The position numbers and the translations under genes were made by a program. This document shows, one piece after another, positions 36,536-48,235 of a DNA stretch of 64,000 bases. The stretch lies in the NCBI GenBank assembly GCA_004022145.1, contig RCNU01000006.1. One strand, written 5' to 3'. Positions within the stretch are counted from its first letter, which is position 1, and each line of letters begins with the position of its first letter. Source of the DNA: Paecilomyces variotii (taxonomy: Eukaryota). Below the pieces are notes generated by a model. The model made no database searches. It was not told the DNA's origin and saw nothing but the letters and a program-made list of their open reading frames with translations.

Positions 36536-37702
36536 ATGAGCGCTGTCAGCAAGCTGGTCTTGACGGCAGTCCTCAGCCTTAGCCTCATAGCTACCACGAT
36601 CGATGCTCACAGCTGGGTTGAGCAACTCATGGTTATTGCACCGAATGGCACCTTTATCGGTTCTCCAGGATATGCAAGAGGAAACGTGCTGCGTACTGCT
36701 CCTGGATTCAGTGACCCTACGATGGTATACCTGCTACCTCCAGACGACCGGGCGAATGTGATCTATCCGACCGACCCGATGTGCAAAGACACACAGCGGA
36801 CGAGAAATCAAACAGTCGGCAGCCCCAGACTACGAGCTGCGCCTGGTGCTGCTATTGCGCTTCGTTACCAAGAAAACGGCCATGTCACTCTCCCATGGAA
36901 TCAACCGGGAAAGCCCGAGAATCGAGGCACTCTATACGTGTACGGAACGACACAACCACGGGAAAACGACACTTTCTTGGGAATTCATAAGGTATGGAAC
37001 CAAAACGGAACTGGGGGTGACAGGCGAGGAGTTCTGCTCTCTGTCCAGAATTTCGACGATTCGCGTTGTTACCAAATCAACAACGGCAACATCTCGACCC
37101 ACCGCCAAGCTGTATTTCCTCACCAAGCGAACCAGCTTATGGGGGCGGACCTCTGGTGTCAACAAGACATTGCCTTGCCCAGTGATGCACCCACTGGGAA
37201 GCCATATACTCTCTATTGGGTTTGGGATTGGCCGACCTTGCCCAATATTGACCCCAACCTGCCAAAGGGAAAGCTTGAGATGTATACCACCTGCATGGAT
37301 ATTGACGTTGTGGAGAGTCCCAAGGTCCATAACAAGTTGGTCGCAAATTATGATAAGGACCAGTCCCTCAACGAAGCCGCCATCCCTGGTCAATTTTCAG
37401 AAATCTTTGATGCCCAGCGGTCTGAGAGACCTACAAGTCCTCCCGACTGCAACTCGACTGTACCTTCTGCGACAGTTCCGCCTGCGAAGCAATCACCAGC
37501 GACAACATCGATGTCTACGAATGCAGGAACTCCACACCTGTCGTTCGTCACTGTCACAAAGACAGTTACAGAAAGTCGCTGTGTCCAGACTTCTGAGACC
37601 AACGACAAACGTGACGTTGGGGAGGGGGAGGTTGAGATGACCGTTCCATTCTATAAATCTCCACGTCTACCTCCAAGAGTTGGTGGTAGACCAGTTCTTT
37701 GA
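36536..37702 (+). CDS. Secreted DUF7492-type protein with an LPMO-like N-terminal histidine
   Basis: Signal peptide ending IDA, then mature HSWVEQ. GYARG, YQENGHVT, YTLYWVWDWP, EMYTTCMDI, and a Ser/Thr/Pro-rich tail. Confidence 0.85.
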   Translation: MSAVSKLVLTAVLSLSLIATTIDAHSWVEQLMVIAPNGTFIGSPGYARGNVLRTAPGFSDPTMVYLLPPDDRANVIYPTDPMCKDTQRTRNQTVGSPRLRAAPGAAIALRYQENGHVTLPWNQPGKPENRGTLYVYGTTQPRENDTFLGIHKVWNQNGTGGDRRGVLLSVQNFDDSRCYQINNGNISTHRQAVFPHQANQLMGADLWCQQDIALPSDAPTGKPYTLYWVWDWPTLPNIDPNLPKGKLEMYTTCMDIDVVESPKVHNKLVANYDKDQSLNEAAIPGQFSEIFDAQRSERPTSPPDCNSTVPSATVPPAKQSPATTSMSTNAGTPHLSFVTVTKTVTESRCVQTSETNDKRDVGEGEVEMTVPFYKSPRLPPRVGGRPVL

Positions 37703-38269
37703 AAGCTCATGAATCTAGAATTGGGACTCATGGCGGATACTGTCGATTTACTTAACGCGCATAGAAGCAACTCTCCTTTATGATACGACTTGATATCTCC
37801 ATCTTTGTCATGACGGCGTACCCGGTTTTGCACATACATGTCCATTGTCATTCGTTCAAAGCATTCCTCTCGTTTTATGTTTACGAAGACGGCTACAATT
37901 CGAGGGTTGCAGGACTACCCTATGTGTGTACTTCTTTGTCTTCCTTGAACAAGGATTTTCGAGACAGGCTCTCGAATAAATCCTCTGCCAACACTTTACT
38001 TGGGGCGTTTAGACGTTGTGGTTTGTACTTTGACTCATGTATAGATGATTTTACCTAGGTGATGAATGAATGAAGATACGCTCTGAGCATGTATGAACTG
38101 AACCTTCTTTTTACATCTCATAGAAAGCAGGCGAAGTCCCAGTTCAAAGTGACTCTATACATTACTAATAGACCCGAATGCTACGGCATCACTGACATGT
38201 AGCACTTTGGTGAGATGATAACGTTCTGGCTAGGAGATGCGAAGTACTTCTGGGTCGTTCTGCCATAGC

Positions 38270-38382
38270 GCAGATATTATCTATTCCGATGGATCCTGCA
38301 TAACTGGGCAGATCGGTACGCGATACAGATTATCAAAAATCAAGTAGCGGTGATGAAACCCGGAGCAAAGATCATAGTGTAG
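38270..38382 (+). pseudogene. O-methyltransferase (Methyltransf_2 family) gene relic
   Basis: Translates AD(frameshift)YYLFRWILHNWADRYAIQIIKNQVAVMKPGAKIIV*, the catalytic HxW segment of fungal OMTs. No surrounding ORF. Confidence 0.8.
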
Positions 38383-39941
38383 AAGAAGATGTCTGGGCTA
38401 CAGCAGACACGCGCTGGAGTATGTCCTCGATAGAATAACCGTCTCAACAGAGACATTCTCTCCAGAAGTCTAGATTCAATCCTGCATGATCAGATTCAAT
38501 ACTCTGCTCTGTATATGTATCTCACGTCGTGTCGTCCTGGTTAGGATATGATAGATGCTCTACCGACTGTACCCTAGATACCATAAGTAGTATCTCAAGA
38601 GCATCAGACTTGCGCTAATCCATTCTGGGAAACCCACATGAAACACACTAAAATGAGATCCGTCTCACGTGGAAAGTCACATGAGCACGCCCTGCTGGAC
38701 AGAAAGAGACAAAAAGACTGAACGGAGTTTTGAGTGTGGATCTTTTTTTTTAATCAGAGGGGCTGAGGAGTTCCTGTGGGACTGCAAGTTCATTGATTGT
38801 CATTCGGTATACTTCGAAGCGCTCTGATTCTGGATCTCTCGTTGAAGGCTGATATTAATAGCCAGCGAAGGACCAACCTTTACCCTGGACTGAAGTTACT
38901 GAACCAACCCTGACTCGAACCACTCGCCGAGAACCGAGAACGGTCTCCAGGTAATCTCCGCTGCTCCTGAGATCCCTCTCTCATCCATCCATCGTCTCCC
39001 ATTCGTGACGCTCCTTGCCTCCGTCTTCGACCTACGATCCTTTCCCGGGTCCTTTCTGACTTCGACAGTCCCTTCTCGCGTGCTCCAGTGGTGCGGCGCT
39101 GTTATTCGCTCTCGTCTATGCATCCCAGGACGACCTTGCTATATTTAGAATAGGGCCTTTGACTGTCCCTCGAAACCGCGGGACGAACGAAGGGAACGAC
39201 TGTCCACCCACAAGCCATCTCACAGTCGACCACTGCACAAGGCCGCGCGCATCTGCACTTCAGACAGTTGTCTTCCATCTTCTCCTTCCAGAAAACGCCG
39301 CTTTCGAGACGGTGCCATCCCACAGCGCACGGCGCACACCGCTCCCCCCCTGCCGCTCTCTAGATTATCAGACTGCCCACTCCATTCAGCAAGAGCATTT
39401 CTTTGCTCGTCCACCCTACTGGGTCCTCTGAAGTCGCTATATCGGGCTGGGCTACTTGAAATTGGTTCGCGACAGAAACTCGACCGTCCAGCACGCGTTA
39501 TACTTCTCCCTCAGGTAGAAGCAGACGGAGCGAACAGACCCGTACCCATTGACGGTCGTCATCCTACACTAGACCACTTCGCACGAAGCTTGCGTGGAAG
39601 ACACAAGCATTGCGCCTTTCTACAGTGCTGTCTGTTTATTCTGTTTGAAGGTGATAAGTCCAGTTTAGCACAGTGTTAGAACTGTTTCGATTCTTAACAG
39701 CTGGACTGTCTTACTCTGCTCATAAGGGCTAGGCCTGAGTATCCGCGCGACTTGGGTTCCTCCCCTTTTATCTAGCAGAAACACAATTTGTCGGTGTTGC
39801 GTGGCTACGAAGAAATACCGGAGATCGCGATGCAAATATAGGGTGCAATCTTTGCGGTGCATTTCGAATCGGGTTATTAGGAATTTCAACGCGCGATATT
39901 GAAGCGAAATCCTTTTTTCGTGTTTTAGTGATCTGACTCTC

Positions 39942-41342
39942 ATGGCAGCAACCATGTCATCTCCTCCGACCTCTCAACCGGAGCATGTCGCATCCCCAAA
40001 TCTCGCTCCGCTTTCTGCTCCTCTAGGCGCAGATAAGCCAGTCAAGCGGGGAAGCCTGCAGCGCCCGAACTCATACACCAGAGATCGGTTATCTACATAC
40101 TCAACTGCTTCATTAGCTTCCCAGAATAAATCGCGTCCGGTATCTTATGTCATTCCGGCATTCCATTCGAGCTTGCCTTATACTCTTGTCCGGGACTTTG
40201 CGTACCCGCCAGTGCATCCTCTCCATTACGGCCCGCCTCCTGTGCCCTCTGGGGTCACGACTCCCATGAGTGAGAATCGGCGACTTTCCGATCCACCGCC
40301 ATCAACGTGGGATAGCTCGAGGGGGCAGTGGTCAGCGGGACCTTGGACCACCGAAAATATCTACGGACATCAGCAATTACCTGCTATGTCTTTTGGTGAC
40401 GGTCCCCCATACAGTGAAGATGAGGACCTGCATAGTCCGGTGGTGACGACCTCGCGTCACCGGAAAAACAGGTCTGGAGCAGGCTACGATGGGAGAAGGG
40501 GACGGAGCCCGGGGGACAGTGGTCGAGAATATTCTGGGGATGACCGTGGGCAGTTTATCAGCATGAACGGTGATGGCAGTGAGACATACTATGTGCGCGA
40601 AGAAGGCGCCACTGAGGATGGCCCTGGGGGCGAATTTGTGACCTATCCAGCAAGCGAAGGCAGATATTCACACTTGACTCCTGGGGCTTATGGCAGCACG
40701 GGTGTCGCAGACTATGTCAAAGGAGATCAATATTTCGATCCTGATATGCTCGATTCAGACGATGAAATTTCGGACACAGACGGCTACTCTCGAGACTACG
40801 AATTCTCAATAGCCTCACCAGACGAAGAGATGCACGGGAAGGCTGTGGCGCTTTTTGATTTCACCAGAGAACATGAGAACGAGCTTCCACTGAAGGAAGG
40901 CCAAGTTATTCTTGTCTCGTACAGACATGGACAAGGCTGGTTAGTGGCGGAAGACCCCAAGACAGGCGAAAGCGGTCTTGTTCCAGAGGAGTTTGTTCGA
41001 CTTCTACGACATATCGAGGGTGGCTTGACATCACTCAACGGGGAGATCAACAATGCAGTGGCCGAGAACAATTTGGATATCAACGCTTCAGATGCAGGCG
41101 CAGATGAATTTCAGAGCCAGAACAGTTTGATGCCCGGGAATGGGCAGAGCAACGGTGGCAGTGGAAGCATCAGTGAGAAACATCCCTCTGTGATATCAAG
41201 ATTTTCTACCAGCAGCAAAGATCTGGATCCTTACCCATCTCACCTTCTAGGTGGCAGTCAGGGGAAGACATCTCCCCAGCCAGTCGAAGAGTCTGATGGC
41301 GATCGGACCGAGAATGGCAATCCCGCCAGCGCGACGACCTGA
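39942..41342 (+). CDS. nbp2: SH3-domain HOG-pathway adaptor Nbp2-like protein
   Basis: VRDFAYP..HPLHYG N-terminal motif and an SH3 domain GKAVALFDF..EHENEL.LKEGQ..GQGWLVA..GLVPEEFV. Confidence 0.88.
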   Translation: MAATMSSPPTSQPEHVASPNLAPLSAPLGADKPVKRGSLQRPNSYTRDRLSTYSTASLASQNKSRPVSYVIPAFHSSLPYTLVRDFAYPPVHPLHYGPPPVPSGVTTPMSENRRLSDPPPSTWDSSRGQWSAGPWTTENIYGHQQLPAMSFGDGPPYSEDEDLHSPVVTTSRHRKNRSGAGYDGRRGRSPGDSGREYSGDDRGQFISMNGDGSETYYVREEGATEDGPGGEFVTYPASEGRYSHLTPGAYGSTGVADYVKGDQYFDPDMLDSDDEISDTDGYSRDYEFSIASPDEEMHGKAVALFDFTREHENELPLKEGQVILVSYRHGQGWLVAEDPKTGESGLVPEEFVRLLRHIEGGLTSLNGEINNAVAENNLDINASDAGADEFQSQNSLMPGNGQSNGGSGSISEKHPSVISRFSTSSKDLDPYPSHLLGGSQGKTSPQPVEESDGDRTENGNPASATT

Positions 41343-42337
41343 ATTCGTGTTGCTGCAGATAACGGAAAGCCATGAATATTGGTAGAACTATCACTGTTCA
41401 GTTCCCATTTACTGTCCGCCATCTCCCTCACGTTTGGGGACTCCGGATCCACAAATGCTTGCGTTGTCCGCGCAAGCGCATTGCGGGCCCCTGGAAACAG
41501 CGTGTCGTTGCCCGTCTGGTCCTCTGAGATCGATCACTTCTGCTGGCTGGAAGAAGACATGCAAGTTGGCGGTGCTACGTTCGATTTCGAATACGAGCAC
41601 CCGGGAAGCCATACAAAAACATCTCCCGCCCCTTGATCTCCATTAACCCTATCTATCCCCTCTTCTCTTTGCACAATGCTCATCTGCTGATGAACATAAT
41701 TGAAACTTATGAAGTCACCTGTAGGAACTCCTCCCTGAACCTCCCTTCAGATTGGCTCGATACCCCTCGGTTCGACTAATTTAGAAGACGAAAATTCCAA
41801 ATTTAGCGTTGCGTATCGGTGCCGTGCACTTAGCCCCATGTGTTGGAGAAAGAGAAAACGTCTACATTGGACCCTGTTGTGTTTGTATAGAAATTTGTCA
41901 TGGATCTAATTCTTATCTGAAATCATTCTGCCTGTTGCTTTTTCATATCTTCTTTTGCATGTGATCTCGGGGGAAGTTTCTTGTCTGACATTGAAAAGAA
42001 AGCCATCGCTCATCCCAGGCTATGTTGAAAAAACTATGTATTACCTTGGATGTATGGAGTCTGGAACTGCAACACGTGACCGGTTCACTTCCTTCGCTTC
42101 ACTCGGGGGGTGAATTAATACGTTACTCAACAAATCCCGTATATCTTCTTACTCCGTACTTCGCACAAAAGCTACTATCTGCTATTGCCCATTTGTGGTC
42201 CGAAGCATTGCATGTAATACTGAATCTACTCATAGTGCAGACATTCTCGCTCAACGCTAGATCTCTCTATCGATATCTCACTTCCCCTCATAAAATGACC
42301 CCTCTCTCTGAATAATTCTTAACATTATCAAAAAGTC

Positions 42338-43329
42338 ATGGCTGCTGAAGAGAATCGAGAGTCTGAAATCATGCGTGTTGACATGCCTACATGGGATAGG
42401 TATGATAAGCTCTGGTGCTTACGGGCCCTTTGGGACCCTGCAGAATACCAAAGGTAAGAGCAAGGCGCGATTGTCGTCCAGCAGCAAAAATTAGGAGCTG
42501 ACATCATTTCATTTACTACTACTTAGCTTTCGTGAAAGCCAATTGAAAATTCCGCGTGATATTATGGCGAGATGGCCCAATTGGCCGGAGGCGATACAGG
42601 ATAACCAGGAGAGAATTGACTGGATACTGATGCACACGCCCGACGGCCCTACGTACGTGAATTTTTGGACCTCTTCTCTTTCCTCGTCAGGGGCCTTACA
42701 GAGGCACTCTGGTACAATTGTCCCCCCTTCCCAGTATAACTGGAGAAACAATCACAGCATTAGACGCTCTGACATAGCTATTCCTCTGTCTAGTGTACCG
42801 GAGACAGAACCCACTGGCCTGTCGAGACTGGCATATCATTGCATCGAAACTTTGAAGCACATCTTGGAGCACCATTCCATGCTAGCAGACTCGCAGAAGG
42901 TAAACATTCTTGCAGCCCTAGAAGCCTATCGAAGCGGGAGGTTAGATCCGAAGCCGGGAGATGTAACATATTGGTATGCCGGAGTCCTTAAGGAGGACCC
43001 TGGACCCCAGGGTAGCCAAAGCTATGCAGAAGCCATGGACCGGTGGGGACAAGAGCACGGAGAAACCACTCTTTGGATCGAGCCGGTATATATTATTTCG
43101 ATTTTGATTGATCTCCTTTTTTCTTTCTTTACTCCATCTGTCGCTGTCGTGCCTACATCTTGTCAATCCCGTGTTGGAGAGTTCGAGAGTGATTAATATG
43201 ATGATGGCTTTCTGCCAGTCGACCAAAAAGGAGAACTCCTTGTCGGCCTACCTGGATCTCTAACATGATTAATGCTCACCAAAATAGGTCGAACCAGTGT
43301 GGGGTGGCGGTAGATACATGCCACAATGA
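42338..43329 (+). CDS. Hypothetical (lineage-restricted) protein, 3 exons
   Basis: Exons 42338-42453, 42527-43085, 43288-43329 join in frame through GT-AG introns. No recognisable domain. Confidence 0.6.
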
Positions 43330-43970
43330 CCCAGCGCGTCATGAAGTTACCGCTCCCCATGAGGTAAGTCTGGATTATTTTCCTCGATAATGAAATTGTT
43401 TTCCTAACTAGGGATCGGGACAACAAAGGGACCACCATGCATCATCTGCAAGAGTAGTGGACTGCAACATGCTCGTGACGTACAATAGCTCGGAATCCAA
43501 TACCGGCATATATTCATGTTTTCCATAACTACTAGATACGTCTATTAGTTAGAGTTCCTGGCATTGATATCGCTCATGAGATCAGTATTCCTTGATTATA
43601 CTGGGTCCTCATACCTAGAACTCTTTCAGGATGCCTAGGTTTCCAGCCCAACAGAATACCAAGAAGTGTCTTTGGTTATCGTGACAACCTTATAACGGTA
43701 AATGGTACTCGATAAAGTTCTCATGCAAGTCCAATTTATGACAACTGATCACACCCCTATCGATCCACTTACTACGGTGAAAGGAACTATCACCAATCAA
43801 CGTCCCGGTACCCGTCAAAGATGCTCTGGCCAGGCGCTTAGAAGGCACTTGTTTAACTACAGCAACTTCACCTGCAATAAGCGGCGCTGGGAATCTATAT
43901 GTTAGTACCAACAATACCCATCTCATGAGCAGCCTCCCAACCCGCTAACAGCAGTCAGGACCCCGGGGGT

Positions 43971-44183
43971 GCAGACCTGGTAACAGCCCAGCAGCATCTG
44001 GCGGGCTCCGTGGACTTCCAAGCATACCTACAGAATGTTCACAACAATGGCGGAGTTGCGTTGCAAGGGCAGCAACAAAGTGTCCACCTGGGAGTTTTTG
44101 AACTCCCACGGGAGGCCCAGAGGAATGTCGAAGACTTCAGCCTGTCCCTTGGGCAAGCAGGATCAGCCCCTGCAGTGCTTCCA
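43971..44183 (+). pseudogene. Truncated paralog of the PD-(D/E)XK-like gene at 62251-63267
   Basis: TAQQHLAGSVDFQAYLQNVHNNGGVALQGQQQSVHLGVFELPREAQRNVEDFSLSLGQ aligns with TARQHLQGCPEFQAYLQNVALDAGVAQQGQPQVLQLGIFELPREQQRHVQDLRIYLGQ. No ATG start and no catalytic half. Confidence 0.8.
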
Positions 44184-45541
44184 AAGACGGATGGGATACA
44201 TCGAAAGGCTTGGCCCAGGAAACGAGTGTACAAAGAGCAACGGCCCTATGGATTCTATGATCGTAAGCGCGATCTTTATAGCCAACGGTGTCGCAATCAG
44301 GCTCGACAGCTAAGGGAGCTATCAATGGGAATAGATCAGTAATTTCCTGGTAGGAATATTCTGTTGTTGACTAAGGGCTGTATTCAGAGGAATAACTAAC
44401 TATGATAACCGACAATGAAGTCACGTTCGGTCTTACAGCATACATAACGGGATTATCTCTGGGCTAGTTATCATATTGTCGAATATTGAATGGCGGTCTG
44501 ACTCGAATAACTTGAATTGCTTGCTTGGTTCTAGTTCTAGGGGGGGGGGGGGTTGAACCCATATTTATCTCTATAGATATACAAAGGCTCCAATAATCAA
44601 GCAATTTAGTATGTTCTTATAATTAGGATTCAAAGAACCTGCCGAAAACGGATAATTGATAGATCACCTAGCGTTCCCTTTTGCGCTGACACGCATCACA
44701 GGGCAGGGTGTCTACATGTACATAGTTTTATTACGTTTAAGTTTACTGATAATTCTCATCCGCCAGCTAAGATAGCACCGAGCATTAATCACTATTCTTG
44801 ACCCAAGCTCTAATAATCGCATCCTCTTACTCTCCTTTTTCTGTCTATGAGCAAAAAGATAAGAGAAGAATAAAACAAATAGCTTTTTACACTTTACATA
44901 CCCCTGTTCCTATCAACAGCTTGCAGCCTTGTAGTCAATGAAAGAAACAGCATATTAACCCAATCCCTCTCGAAGAGAGAAGGATGGAGCAGAAAAAAAC
45001 AAGATAGAAAAAAAAAAAAAGAAGAAAAAAAGGTAAACCCTTCTTAGATATATCCTGATGGTGGGAAATAGAGTACCATAATAATGAGATTTCTTTTTCA
45101 TGGCCATGAATAAAAGATGGCACTCGAGAGGGAAAATAGATACAACTAGTTTTTACTTACTTAATGGTGAATCATGGTGGGATAGTTTCAAAAAGAAAAC
45201 GCAAAGAAATAAAAGAAAGAAAAAAAAAAAAAAGAGGAAAGGAAAGCAAATTCGGAACAACCGCTGAGTTTGGGACCAGAATCACGGTACTTAAAGCAGA
45301 AGGAACAGGGAATAAGGCTCTCATCTTTCTCTGTATGTTCTTGCAAAGTCAGGAAGAAGGGCCGTTTGCTGCGCAAGAGATAGGTAAGAATCTATGTATG
45401 TACCTATTCGCGGTTCTCCCTTTTTCTTTTTCTCGCTCGCGATGCACGCAGCCTGCTGGTGACTGGGTAAGATGACTGTGCTAGTATGGTTCGAAGAATG
45501 TTTTATTACGAGGAAAGGGCTCAATCGAAATATATGCTCGT

Positions 45542-47464
45542 CTATCCTAGTAGGTCATCCAGAGCAGAACCACTGGGTTTGTGTCCTTGCTGCGGTTGCT
45601 TGGACTGACCAAAAGCTGGCGTCGACGACGTCGAGGTAGGAGTAGATGCGGACGGAGCGGGGGTTCCCCAGATGCCGGCGCTGGCCTTCTCCTTGGAGAG
45701 GCTGGCCAGGTTGGGGCCCTTGTTCTGCGAGGGAGAATTCTTCTGGATACCTGCACTGGCGCTGGCAGCAGACCAGAGCGAGCCGAAAGCATCACCTCCA
45801 GCCTTGGAAGTCGAGGCTGACGGCTTGTGGGATGATGCAGGGGAGGCGATAGAGGATACACTGGCTCTGGCGCTCGTAGGCTGGCCTGTGGTGGCAGCGG
45901 AAACAGAGGTGAAATAGTTGGGCGCTGGTGCCTGGAAGCCTGTCGGCCTTGGTTGTTGTCTTGATTGCAGAGACGCCAGGGAACCTTGAGGCGACATAGG
46001 AGAAGTCAAACTGCCGCCGGTTGGTGTGGGAGTAATGGAAGAAATGCCAACGAGGTTGGTCAAGTTAGCATTCTGTGTGCCCGACACAGGCTTGGGCGCA
46101 GCGAACTGAGTAGTCGACGCAGTGGAGGATGGAGGAGCAATAGAGAACTGATTAGACGAAGTAGGCTGAGGAGCGGCCGGAGCAGCAGGTGCTGGAGTTG
46201 CGGACTGGAAATCGTCGAATTCGTCATCATCCGCGGTGTCGTCGAGCAAGCCGTTGCCAGCGTTGCTAGCAGGTTGCTTGCCGGCAGCAGTCGAAGACGA
46301 CGTCGTGACAGGCTCGTCTCCAAAATCGAATAGATCCGGCACCTCCTCCTTGGGCTTCTCAGGCTGCTTCGTCGCACGCGGTTGGCTTGCTACACGGCGC
46401 TGGCTGGGGGCCGCATCCGCTTCATCGTATTCATCATATTCCTCAAAGCGATTCCCTCTCCGTCCCGTATCCTCGAATTCGCTCGTGTTGCCTCCATAGC
46501 CACCGCCATCGCCGTAGACGCCTCCACTGTAACCTCCATAGCCAAGGGATTCGCTACCAAAGCCTCCATATCTACTAGTCGATCCAGAAAGACCGCCCCG
46601 GACACCAAGACCACCTTCAATCCCACCGAATTTGTTCCGGTTTGCCCGCGCTTTCTTTCTCTCTGTGCGAATCAGGTCGACGTCGCTCAAAAGCTTCGCC
46701 AGCTCCTGCGCCCTGTTACGGACGTTGATTCCCTGGTCTTTTCCGTTCTGGTCGATGTAGTGGAATTGGCGCAGCATGCGCAGGAGAGATAGATGCGATC
46801 GCGCATCATCGACAACTCGTTCTGAACCGTTCTTGACGAGGAATTCGAGAAGTTGGAGTGCCTATCAACAATCAATCAGTATTCACATGATTGAATTTGG
46901 ACCTGTATCCACGCCAGGAAAGTGGCTCGGGCTCGTACTTTGTATATCTGTCTCCACTCCTCCGCGCTCTTCTCCGTAAATCGCTTGTAAATCATAGGCA
47001 TAATCTCGTTCAACAGCTGGCTATAATCGAACAAGTATAAATGTCAGTTAAACACCTCCTACAATGCCATTACCGAATAAACCGATATCGGAAAGGGGGG
47101 GACCGGTGCGACTAACTAGCTATGTGTTCCATTCGCGATCTCCTGCATCAACGTAGACGAAGCACCCCATGGCTCATTATTAGTAGCCTCTCGGACCTGT
47201 CAAAATGCGCGTAAGTCGTACGTTTCGATTTATCCGGCCGCAGTGTTCGCGTGGCGACCAACCTTCGACTCCATCTCCGTGTAGTTCATGACAGCTAAAG
47301 ACTCCCAAGTTAGTACCTATTATCCAGGGACGATTCCCCTCCCTCCAGCTACTGTTTCCCGCTCCTATCATGCAAAACGTACCATTCTGGACTTTCCGGA
47401 CTCCGGCCTTGATGTCGTACAGGGTCAGGTTGCTGACCTGCTCCTTGAGAGAGGCGAAATCCAT
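45542..47464 (-). CDS. ent3: Golgi/endosomal epsin (ENTH domain) Ent3/EpsinR-like, 5 exons
   Basis: Exons 47464-47383, 47294-47263, 47196-47117, 47020-46939, 46861-45542. VREATNNEPWG, WRQIYKALQLL, GKDQGINVR, and adaptor-binding DLFDF/DEFDDF motifs. Confidence 0.93.
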
Positions 47465-48235
47465 GGCGCCGACCGGGAACAGATCTCCCCTATGATGTGA
47501 TGATGCACTATAGTACAATCGAGGAGAAAAGGCCCTCGCAAAAGCTGTCAACACAGAAAAACGGGGCGCGAAAGAAAGGCAGACGGGGAGAAGGAAAGGG
47601 AGATGCTAGACTAAGCTCGTCCGGAGGATGCGGAGGCTCAGCTGGTTCGGGCATCTCCCGACTCTCGAGAGGCCAACAAAGCCGCGCCGGCAACGTCACG
47701 TGCGGAGCTCCGATTGTTCTCCGCCGTCTCTATATTTCTACTAGTTAACTACAGATCAGCACATTGAAGTATGACTACCTAGGCAAGAGGACTCTCCCAA
47801 GAGAAATCGTCGTTCAAATACTATTGGATATCACATGGAATATAATACTACCAGTTCAAGTACGTACATAAAAGGTAAGAGGAAATTCGTGAAACCTAAC
47901 TGTAAAATCCAGCATCGTCTCGGGGCCTGACAGCCTTGCCCGAGCAGGGCAAAGGTTGGCTTCGCCCGTAGTCTTTAAACAAAAAATAACAGAAAACAAA
48001 ATCCCAACATGCAATACAAGCGGTATCTTCAAACAAATCCCGGCCCCGGAGCTTCCGAACCACCTTCCTCTCTAGTCCAGATAACACCGTTCATGAGATC
48101 TAACCGAAACGTCTTTCACTGGGTGGTTGGGGTATCACGGAAGCGTAATATGTTCGTGAAGAGGGAGATACGGACTCCCCCGGGGCATCAAGTTCATCAT
48201 GTTCCACACAAAAAAAAAAGTAACCCATAAGCTGC

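Noticed and set aside
43198-43287. ATGATGA in the orphan gene's second intron
   Set aside because: No downstream CTGA box and no rRNA complementarity.
43700-43910. Possible decayed copy of the 63504-64000 partner gene upstream of the nuclease-like fragment
   Set aside because: Only faint LLR..EL..RL resemblance; needs tBLASTn.
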